Shown here one piece after another: positions 54,501 to 64,000 of a stretch of 64,000 nucleotides of DNA (the stretch's first letter is position 1; every line of letters starts with the position of its first letter). The stretch spans positions 62,001-126,000 of the forward strand of contig JBEWZL010000294.1 in the NCBI GenBank assembly GCA_045837725.1, read 5' to 3'. This DNA comes from Vermamoeba vermiformis. Lineage: Eukaryota. The position numbers were made by a program, and so were the translations under genes. The notes below the pieces were generated by a model. That model made no database searches, was not told where the DNA came from, and was given only the letters and a program-made list of their open reading frames with translations.

Positions 54501-56851
54501 AGCCAAAATTTACCTCGGAAGAATCGTCGAACACGAGGATCAATGGTCAGTTCTTTGACGTACATAAACTGAGCAGCTGTATAATGGATTAGCACGTGAT
54601 GTTGTCAACTTAATTACAAAAGGTACTTACCCTTCAAGACTGACTCAGTAGTCGAAAAATCAGCAGAAATGTAACGCTCAGCAACTTCATCAGGATCGCT
54701 AGGATCGTCTTGCACAGGTGTCTTCACCACACTTTCGACACTGCTGCCGAACTCCTTCGGTGTGATTCCAAAGTGCTGCAATTAAGAACTTAGTAATAGA
54801 ACAATGGAAAGAATAGTGTGCGTTTGTAGGTGTTAAGTGCAATTTGAATCAGTAAATAAGTCGTCAACAACGTGTTTAATCTGATCGGACAATAGAACGC
54901 ATCATTTTAATTGCGAAAATATAAAAGTAAAAGAACTCAGAATCAGTACGTACCTTCAAGAAATTTCGAATGCCTGCTTTTTTGCACAACGTGTATGCGT
55001 CACGCTTAACAGGTCGTTTGTACTTAGAACCACCCTTTTGAACAATTTCGTCGTAATGGTGAAACACGAAGCAATCGTGGAAGTCGTTCAAATCTTCTTC
55101 GTTCTGTGTAAATTCAATCTCAACAACATTTTCACGATCAGCTGCGCGAATGTCATCATCGACAGGGTCCTACAAAATATCTCCATTAGCACTCATTGTA
55201 CTTTATTATTCGATCGCTAAACTTACGTGTTCGTGTGCTTGATAGACTTGCGTCAAGCTCTCCTTTCTGCTCTGCAAATAGAACCATTTCTCATCCAAGT
55301 CAAATATCTCCCACAAGTGCGAGGCCTCAAGTTCAGGTACCCAGTAGTCTCGACGATAATTCAAAATGAACGGAATTTCCATTCTGTTGACGAGCAAGTT
55401 TCGCAATACGTTTGCGATCTTGGGCACGACCTTTTCAGACTCGAGTCCTTCAGGGAGTGTCAAAAACTTGTGAATCCACGTGGCTTCATTGACGAGGTCA
55501 CGCTCTTCGGGGATTGGTCGGTTAGGGAACCTCAATTGCAATCGTTCAGGCACGTCAGTTGTTTTGATTGCCTCGTCTTTGCGCGTGATGTATCGCTCTT
55601 CTAATACTGCCGGCTCGAATTCTTTTCTGTACGCAGCGTATTGATCTTCTTCATCACCCACTGGTTCTTCCTCCTAAATTCATTCGTTAGCAATGCAATT
55701 GACATTATTAAGGTGATTTGCATTAGCATCGCCAATGAGACTATCAATGTGCAATTGTGCGATAGTAATTCATGAAAATAATCGCAAAAAAATTGTTGAA
55801 AATGACATACCTCGACGGGGGCCAAGAACATATTCTCATCGATGTCCTCACCGAAGACTTCACGCGCTGCTTGCATTTGCATCGCAGTCACGCCAGTCAT
55901 ATCACCGGCCGTACGTCTCTTCTTTCTTCGACGGCGAACCGGTTGGCCATCTGCATCTACGTCTCCAACGATAAAGTCATCGAGCTCGTCCTCATCTGAA
56001 TAGAACTCATCCTCTTCTTCCTCAATCATATCCCTGATTCTGTCCTCGCGAGTGATGTCAATGGAGTCGCTGGGATCAAAGTCTGACTGGCGGCGCATCT
56101 GAGGTCGTTCTTGAGCAGGGCGAGGTTCCCTCACTGGTCGTGGAGCAGAAAATGGTTTCTCCTCTAAACAGTATGTTAATATCCGTCGTAATTACAATGA
56201 TATTGTAGCTTTGAGGCAGATTTGCCCACAAACTTTTTCGATATTTGTAAAAATACGACATAATTCAGAAATTAACTGAAAAATCAATTATTCGTTATAA
56301 TAGCAATTTGTGAATAATAAACTAGTTAATTAATATTTTTACCTTCTAAGCTGCCTTCGTCAAACCGAATTTCATCGTCAAAAAGTATAGGCTCTGCCAC
56401 GGCTTCTGCATCATTATCTCCACGTACTAATCTCCTAAATTTTCTAGGTTGTGCTTTGGCTCTATTCACGCGCATGCCAGTATTTTCCTCGATGAGATCC
56501 AAATCGGAGTCGTCTAACGTGCGAATCTCCTTGTGCTTTCGCTTATGACCTCTCTTTTTCTTCTTGGGCATTGCTTCGCCCTCATCAGCCTCAGGGACTA
56601 CGAAGTCATCATATTTATACGCGTCAATGTCCTCGCCACCTTCGCCGCTGTCTGATCCTGAAGCATCATTGTTATCTCCCTCATCCTGTGATTTCTCTTC
56701 TACATCATCAATTTCATCACGACCATCACCTTCTACAATAATACGGCCATTAGACAATTTTTAAATAATTATTAAAATATTTTTCTAAGTCAGTAAATTG
56801 CAGATTTCACTAGTTATCACGCTGGGAACGAGTAGTACCATTATCGGACAT
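51561..56851 (-). CDS. SPT6: Transcription elongation factor SPT6
   Basis: Acidic N-terminus (LDDSDLDLIEENTG), FEP..LEERY..D.IK.TDVPERLQ, YqgF/HhH region (AVSIARRLLDPL, LQFVCGLGPRKA, LDNMRIHPDDY), S1 domain and tandem SH2 (IRPSSRG..LTITWK, NPQRIPY). Confidence 0.96.
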
Positions 56852-57698
56852 TTTGGTAGTTATGTGGCTCGTGTGGTTATGGTTATGGAAGACAAAAGAT
56901 AAATGAAGATCAACACTCGCAACGAACAGCCCGATCAACCAGGGCAAAATTGACCTTGCGCAACAATTGCAGCCACAATGACCTTAGCTACCCACACAGC
57001 TACCACAACGCAGCGCAGAATAGTTGCTGAAAGTTCTGAGACTTGCAATGTCAATTCGGAAAAGCGCGGGATGGAGGATTGGACGCTTTGATGCAACAAG
57101 TTATTCTCGAATTGACCACAGCCGAGAAATTGGATCTACAATTATGATTCTATTTTGTTATATCAAGGAAGAGTCTTAATTATTAGTAACCGCAACGGGC
57201 AAGGCAGATACAGATTTATTTGAGTATTTTACCGTTATCTCGAATAATTAATCTATACTCCGTAAGTGTATGAATTCGCATTATTAACCATGTCGAGCGA
57301 CACACTGCGGTCAATTTCTACCACACGACAATTGAAGAAATGCGAATCTGCATCATCCAGTTGCAGATTGTCAGACAACACAGCAAATAGTCTCTAACCG
57401 CTAACCACGACCAGAATCAAGCCCACGTGGCGCGAGAACCAGAAGTCAACAGAACCGCGTCCGGGAACCTTCCCGGTTGTAAGTTTCCGCCAGCATCTAG
57501 AAGTTTACAATCCTTCCAACACGCTTCTGCGCACAAATTCCAAACCCCTAATTAGGCAATGGGTCCGAACTGCCAAAATATAAATATCGTGACCGTACGC
57601 TAGTTCCTTTCATCAACCAAACAACAAACAACAGCTCAAGAACAAATAAGTTCTTCTCTTCGCTAGACTAACTACATCTACCAACAACACTACCAAAC

Positions 57699-58710
57699 AT
57701 GTCTCAAAAGACCGTCATCTTAGTTACTGGTGCTAATGGCAACACTGGCAAGGCTGTCGCTCAACATCTCTTGAAGAGAGCTGATCGTGACCACTACATC
57801 GTCAAGGTTGGCGCTCGATCCGAAGACAAAGTTGCGGATTTAGTCAAACTCGGCGCTCAATTCGTCAAGGTCGACTTCTCCGATCCCGAAAGCCTTCGTG
57901 CTGCTACTAAGGGCGTGGACCGAGCTTGGGCCACCGCACCCAACCCCACCAAGCAACAAAAAGAAAATGATCGAATCCACCTCGTCAACAACTTCATTGA
58001 CGCCGCCAAAGAAGCTGGTGTTAAATACTTTTTGTTCGGATCTGTTCTCGGAGCTCGTAAGTATCGAAATATCTAACTTTAAGACCGTTCTTTCAATTCT
58101 AACAATCCTCAGAATACGAAGCCGTCACTTTTGCTCGCGAATTCAGAATTGCTGAAAAGAAATTGGAAGCCACTGGCATTGCTTACACTCACTTGCGCAT
58201 GGCTGCATTCCAAGTAAGTACTAGCATATGACTTATCTAACCGCAACAAATGACTAACGTTACAATCTTCAGGAAAACTACTTGGGTCAAAAAGACAACA
58301 TTGCCAAGGGTTTCATTGCCGAGCCTTTGGGACAAGGTGCTTATTGCCCCGTGTCTATTGAAGACGTCGGTATTGCTGCCGCTGAATTGTTGTTGAATCC
58401 TCACCCTCACTTGAACAAGGCCTACGACTTGACTGGTCCCAAGGCCCTCTCTGGTGTTCAACTCGCGCACAGACTCAGCAAGGTCGTGGGTCACAAGGTC
58501 AACTTCGTCAGTGCTGACCCCGAGCAGACCTATCAATTCTTGAGCCAGTTCATGGCCGAGTACCAAGCCAAGGGCATGCTCGAGCTGTACAACTTGTTCT
58601 CCAGCGGCATCGCCAAGACACCGAGCACTGACTTCACTTTGATCACTGGTCGCACTGGCACTCGATTCTACAACAGAATGAAGCAGTTGAAGGCTTGGGG
58701 TGCTTTGTAA
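57699..58710 (+). CDS. NmrA-like atypical SDR / NAD(P)-binding protein
   Basis: ILVTGANGNTG, FIDAAKEAGVK, YTHLR, VSIEDVG and YDLTGP; two introns. Confidence 0.9.
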
Positions 58711-58800
58711 ATTACTCCAAAATTAAAAATACTCGCAATGTAAATAAAACTAACAATTTATAACACATCTGGTCTGTTATTATTTTACCGCGAGGGCACG

Positions 58801-60686
58801 TTAGAAGTCAACGAATGCCCATTGATCTGCCTTGACTTCAGGACAGAGCCAGTTGTGCATGTAATACTCGAACAGACCTGGCTCGAGACCCATGCACAAA
58901 TTACTCTCTGTTAGTTTGGCGTGCTCCATAATATCTACGAATACAACGAGGTCTTCTCCTTGCTGAAATTAAGTTAATATGAGATATTGTCCCTTAAGCA
59001 ATTGGAAATTCTGTCGCTACTTACGCGCTTAGCGATGGTCAATAGTGACTCTAACAGGGCATTGACAGGTGTCTTCGAGGCAATAAAGTATTGAATAAAC
59101 ACCGAATTGATGGTTTTGTAGCGAGGATGAGACAGCACTCTCTTTGGGGTTGAATAAAATGAGAACAGATCCGTGATTTGTTTTGTTGCCGGATCCTCCA
59201 CCACGTAAGTAGTAAGAAGCTTCTCGCGCGTCGCAAAGTGGTGTTTAAATTCCCCAAATGAGAGTGCTGGGGCCACAGCAAATCTAGCCAAATAGTTCGT
59301 CACAAAGGTATAACATTGAGGCAGATCTGCTTCAGTCAAGGGCCGCAATCCTGTCACTTTGACGATCTAAAGCTAACATTAACTCACGCACACATAAATA
59401 ATTGCATAAAAGAACTTACCGGTTCAGGCTTAGCGACTGGCGGTGAACCACGCGGGTTGCAGAAACCAATTTCAGCCATCTTAGGGAAGTCAAAAATGAG
59501 TCCGTACATTCTATTAAATCACTATTAGTTGTGTCACCAATTAAACTAATTCGAGGTGCGTGTGCCGTACCTGGATTCACAGACGCGGAAAAAGTCCGGT
59601 TTGTTGACACCGAGCACGAAGAGCCCTTGTTGCGCGAGTTTAGAGTTCAATGACAAGCGGCGCACGAGTTCTTTCACGATCACTTTGGCCAGCTTTTTGC
59701 CGCGCAGCTTTTGATGCACACCTAACAGCTTGACGTGGTAGAGTGGCACGACCCTAATAGGCATTATTATTAATACTTCAGTTGTGCTACGTTATTGCAG
59801 CTATCATACTTGTTATAAACGCGCAGTACCATGGGCACGGCGGCAATAAATGCGACTAATTTGTGCGTGGCTTCGACTTCAACGGCAACATAGACTGGTT
59901 CAAAGCCTGGGAACGTGTCTTTGGCGTCATCACTGCCGACGAGTGTCCATTTGAGGAACTCTTTGGTGTGATGTTCGCGGAACACGTGATCGGGGTCTTC
60001 AGTGTTATTCGCGTCTAAAAACTCGAACAACTCATCGACCTGCATTGTTGTTAAGATCAGATCCGCTATTATTACTCTCAACAATATTGTCTTGTTCGTA
60101 ATGTAGTAAAATCAACTAGTGCTTACATGAGCAGGAATGTTCATATCTAATTTAAGCCAAGCAAATCCCTTGGGCAAGTTGTAACTGGTCTTGCGGACTG
60201 GTTGTTCAATGATGGGCATGTCCGTTGCACCATCGCCTAATAATTTAGTTGGATTTTTAATACATCGAATAGGTAGATCTTATTAATGTACCTTCAGGGA
60301 GTTCGACTGATTTCTCAACAGGCTTCCAGAACAAATTTTTTCGCGAGGCAAAGAGACGATCGACAACATTGCGCCAAGTAAGTGATGAATCGATTGGCAC
60401 GTGACTCTCCGCCAAGTGTGGTGATATTTTTTTGACTACAAGATGGCAGAAAGGCTCATCGAGATGGTTCTGTTCAAGCAAGATTAAAATTAAATTGAAA
60501 AATTTTCAAATAAATAATAAATGCAACTGATATTTAATATCCTCTATTGTAGCATTCTCGTCGCTATATAGTGCATTTTGTTACCTTCCAATTTTTGCAA
60601 ACTTGACGTAGAGTTGAAATTGCGTGCAGATCATAAAACGCAGCTGATCTGAGGAAGAATTGAGGAGGGAGCTCCGCTAAAGACAT
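58801..60686 (-). CDS. F-box-like N-terminus fused to a divergent N-myristoyltransferase-like protein
   Basis: Exon 1 MSLAELPPQFFLRSAAFYDLHAISTLRQVCKNWK. NMT-like segments YNLPKGFAW, ELFEFLDANNTED..FRE..KEFLKW, LVAFIAAVP, LGVHQKLRGKKLA..VKELVRR, GLRP, TYVVED...ITDLFSFYS and YYMHNW. Confidence 0.82.
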
Positions 60687-60856
60687 TCTTGAGTATTTTT
60701 ACTAATCCGAATGATCTAAGGAGCGTGTATGCACGTTCAAAGTCACAATTAAAATGACAAAAATAGACAACACGTAATTAGGTTTCAAATTTTTAATTAC
60801 ATTAATGTACAATAGTAACCACTAACTATAAGAGAGTAGTAGTAGTTGGTTTTCTT

Positions 60857-61725
60857 TTAGTTCAAATCGAACAACAAGAATTCAGCAGGTCCTTCGCCAG
60901 TACTCTCGATGACAAGGTCTTCTACGGCTCTTTCGATGAATGCGCCGTCACCTTCTTTCAGTTCTACACCGTTGAGTTTAAGAGCAGAGTTGGCCTTGGT
61001 TTGGATTAAGTGCAAGTAGCCGTAACGAGTAGCAGGCAGTTTGTACGAGACCTTGTTGTCTTTCTCTAATATAGAGGCGTATACTTTGCTGTCTTGATTG
61101 ACCTTAATGGAGTTTTCTTCGCTCTGAGCAAAACAATTTGGATTAGCATCGAAGTTTACTCCGATCGGATCTGAAGCGCTTACGTTGGGTGAGACGATTA
61201 AGCGCAGTTTGTTCTTCTTTTCTTCGTCACTGAAGTGCTTGGTAGTATAAGCGGGTTTCAATCCGTTTCGGCTCGGTTCAATCCAGACTTGAATAAAATG
61301 AACCCAATCTTTGTCGGATCCGTTGAATTCTGAATGGAAAATACCAGAGCCTGCACTAGTGAACTGCACATCACCCCTCTTAATAAGTTCTTTGTTCTTC
61401 ATGCTGTCTTGATGAGCTAAAGCTCCACTAACGACGTACGAGAAAATTTCAGCGTCTTCGTGAGGATGGGCACCGAATCCTTTGCTCGCTTTATAACATA
61501 AATTATTAATAATTGTCGAATGTACGAAATTGATTGAAGGGAGCTTTTGATTGAGCGCCGGTACTTACGTGAAACTCGATCTTCGTTAATGACAGCCAAG
61601 CTTCTATAACCGGGGAATCTTCGGTCGTAGTAGCTAGCAAATGAGAATGTATGATAAGAGTCGAGCCAGCCATGATTAGCGTGACCTCGATCTTCAGATT
61701 TGCGAACAATAATTTGAGCAGACAT
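60857..61725 (-). CDS. Pirin-family (YhhW-like) bicupin
   Basis: [65 protein letters not shown] and EFLLFDL. Confidence 0.93.
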
Positions 61726-62221
61726 GTGTTTGTTGTTTGTAGTTATTGAGTTGTGTGTTGTGTTGTGTTTAATTAATTGTTGAAGTGGAATGAAAGATAA
61801 GGCGCGACAATGGTTTTTATAGTTTTTTGGATTGAAATCTTCCAGAATCCATCCAGTAGATCACGACAAAAACAACAACCTTCCAGAAAGATGACACCGT
61901 CGTATACGACGTGCAGTTATTCTGCTACTATTTGTAGAAGCCGAAGGTCCTGAAAGGAATGCTTTGGATCATCCGCAACGATTTCACGTATCAAGATAAA
62001 GATTATGCCGGCTGCATACTTGAACTTAAGTGTTCTTAGGTACTGCTTTTGATTGATGTTGCATGTTTGTGCTTGTTTGTGTCTTGCGTAGAAGATAATC
62101 GCTCGCTTTTGAACGTAAAAAGAACAAAAGTGCGCGTTGATTTTGTAAATAATATTGTATTTATATTTTTATGATAGTAACATCGGGTTGCATTACGCTA
62201 GAATAAATTCTTCAGAAGTTT

Positions 62222-63818
62222 TTACAAGATCTTCTTGCTGTCTTCTCTTCGCTTCTTGACAAAGACGTAGCCAGCGTAGACGAAGGCTTCGACGATCAAC
62301 AAGTAGAGCCACGACCACGAGAACGAAGACGAGGATTGGACATCAACGCCACGGTTTTGGTTTTGTTGGGCAACCATGCGAACTTCATTCTTGGCAGCCT
62401 GGAAGACAAAATATGAGTAAAGGTACAACGATTCGAACAGACGATCAATAACACGTACTTCAACACCAGTTCTGAGTTGATCAACAGTGGACATGAGAGT
62501 GCGCAAAGAGACCTTGAGCTCTTGCATCTCACGGGACATGTCTTGGTGGTTCGATGAGACCTTGTTTTGCACGCCGAGAACGTCGTTCCTAATGTACAAC
62601 ACGCGATTAATATCGATCATTGATTAATGGCTGTGTGAACTTACTTCAATTGGGCAACGATGCCATCATTGCTGCCAGTGCGGCCTGTCAAAAACAATTA
62701 GTAACATGGTAAGTTTGACGCGTGTCAAGGCAAGACTTACATGCAGCTACATCAGACTTGGTAGCCAAGCCCAAGACGTCAGCCTTGGTGGCCAAGCTGC
62801 TGAGATCAGGACTGCCGTAAGCATTGCCGCGGTTGCCAGAGGCCATGGCGTTGATCAAAGCATCGAGCTTGTTCTCAAGAGCTGAGTTGCCAGGCTGTTG
62901 TTGCTGTTGCTGAGTGTGCTGTTGGTTGAATTGTTGTTGTTGCTGCTGTTGTTGCTGTTGTTGTTGGTTTTGTTGTTCTTGAGTAGCACGAGCACGTTCT
63001 TGTTCCTCTTGACGTTGCTTCTCTTGTTGAGCCAACAATTCAGCTTGGGCACGCTCTTGTTGCAAACGTTGTTCGTCTCTGTTGCGGTCGAGCTCACGTT
63101 GACGTTCAGCAGCTTGTTGAGTCTCGCGGTCCTGATCTTCACCCCAGACTTGAGCGCGGTTGTTGACGTTAGGGTCTTGCATGGCGAGTCTGTAAGTGAC
63201 GAAGCTGTAGACGTCGTGGTTGTCAAACAAATCACCAGTCTCAGCAGTAACACCGAAGTAGCCGAGACGAGGCAACTCGAGGTACAAAGGTTCAGGGTTA
63301 CACACAGTCCACTTGCGGTGTTCTTCGAAGACTTGACCGCTGGTGTCGTACGAGACTTGGAGGCGCTTGTTGAAGTAAGCGACCTTCAATTTAATAGGGA
63401 TTTGACCGCGGAAGTTAACTTGACATGAGGCCAATTCAACATTTTTGCCGTCTTGGTTCTTGTCGTAGCTGCGAGTACCGTCGTTCAACACGATCTGGAT
63501 GCGAGGATTGTCGCGCTGCAACGCGATTAATATTGATCATAGTAGTATATGAGAATGTATGCTCACCTTGTTGTCGTTGTCAAAGGTGTCCAAGATCACA
63601 CCCAAGCCAGTCCACTGATCTTTGTTGCCAAAAATAGGACCAGGTTGCGAACGCTCCTTAGTGAACCAAACAGCCATACCTTCGTGCAGCATATTAGAAT
63701 CGTGTTTAATAGCAAATATAAGATCCTATTGTACTTACCGTCGGCACCCAAACGAGCAGGTGAGTCGGGATTGGGAGAAACACGAAGTTCGGTCAAAACC
63801 AACCAGTCAGAGTAGCTG
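62222..63818 (-). CDS. L-type lectin cargo receptor (ERGIC-53/VIP36-like); 5' part lies beyond the window
   Basis: GADG.A.WF, GLGVILDTFDND, YFGVTAETGDLFDNHDV, poly-Q/coiled-coil stalk, a transmembrane segment and tail ending SKKIL*. Confidence 0.88.
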
Positions 63819-64000
63819 TTGGGCTACACAGAGTGTTAGAACATGATTTTCAGGTATTTTGATTGAAGCAATGATAGTTACTGGACCTTAATTCAATTTA
63901 GGAAAAATTTCTTGAAGAGTCAACGGGATGACGTGGATTTGAATTTCAATAAATAGGCATAATAGCAAATATCGAATAATACGATTATAAAAATACTTAC

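Noticed and set aside
62855-63428. Poly-Leu and poly-Asn ORFs and a (CAR)n tract
   Set aside because: These are alternative readings of the lectin's poly-Q coding region, not a separate gene or array.

Overview
Gene-dense, intron-rich eukaryotic DNA with short GT-AG introns (about 45-200 nt) and CTAAY-type branch points. The gene set looks like that of a free-living protist, possibly an amoebozoan; this is inference and the species cannot be identified. About 27 protein-coding genes can be reconstructed by manual splicing: an ML-domain protein (partial), two SDRs, Fpg/MutM, phospholipase B-like, a CH-domain tail-anchored protein, a PAP2 variant, a Crinkler-type NTPase+REase, an ankyrin-SAM-SAM-U-box E3, DPP8/9-like, a cupredoxin, CLN5-like, three tandem pectin acetylesterase/Notum-like genes, an isochorismatase, WDR3/UTP12, a DnaJ membrane protein, an LRR protein, an FHA/low-complexity protein, SPT6, NmrA-like, an F-box/N-myristoyltransferase-like fusion, pirin, and an ERGIC-53-like lectin (partial). 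The standout signal is at 21.56-22.43 kb. There the ankyrin beta-hairpin loops of the E3 ligase are encoded by two runs of four consecutive single-codon (3-nt) exons, each with its own splice signals, and including them gives an exact 33-aa repeat in the second unit. Next to it lies a strongly CpG-depleted Crinkler-type gene whose upstream region is a duplicate of the neighbouring gene's upstream region. A 12-bp palindrome, TGACACGTGTCA, recurs in introns of unrelated genes. All gene models and counts were made by eye, and no database searches were run.
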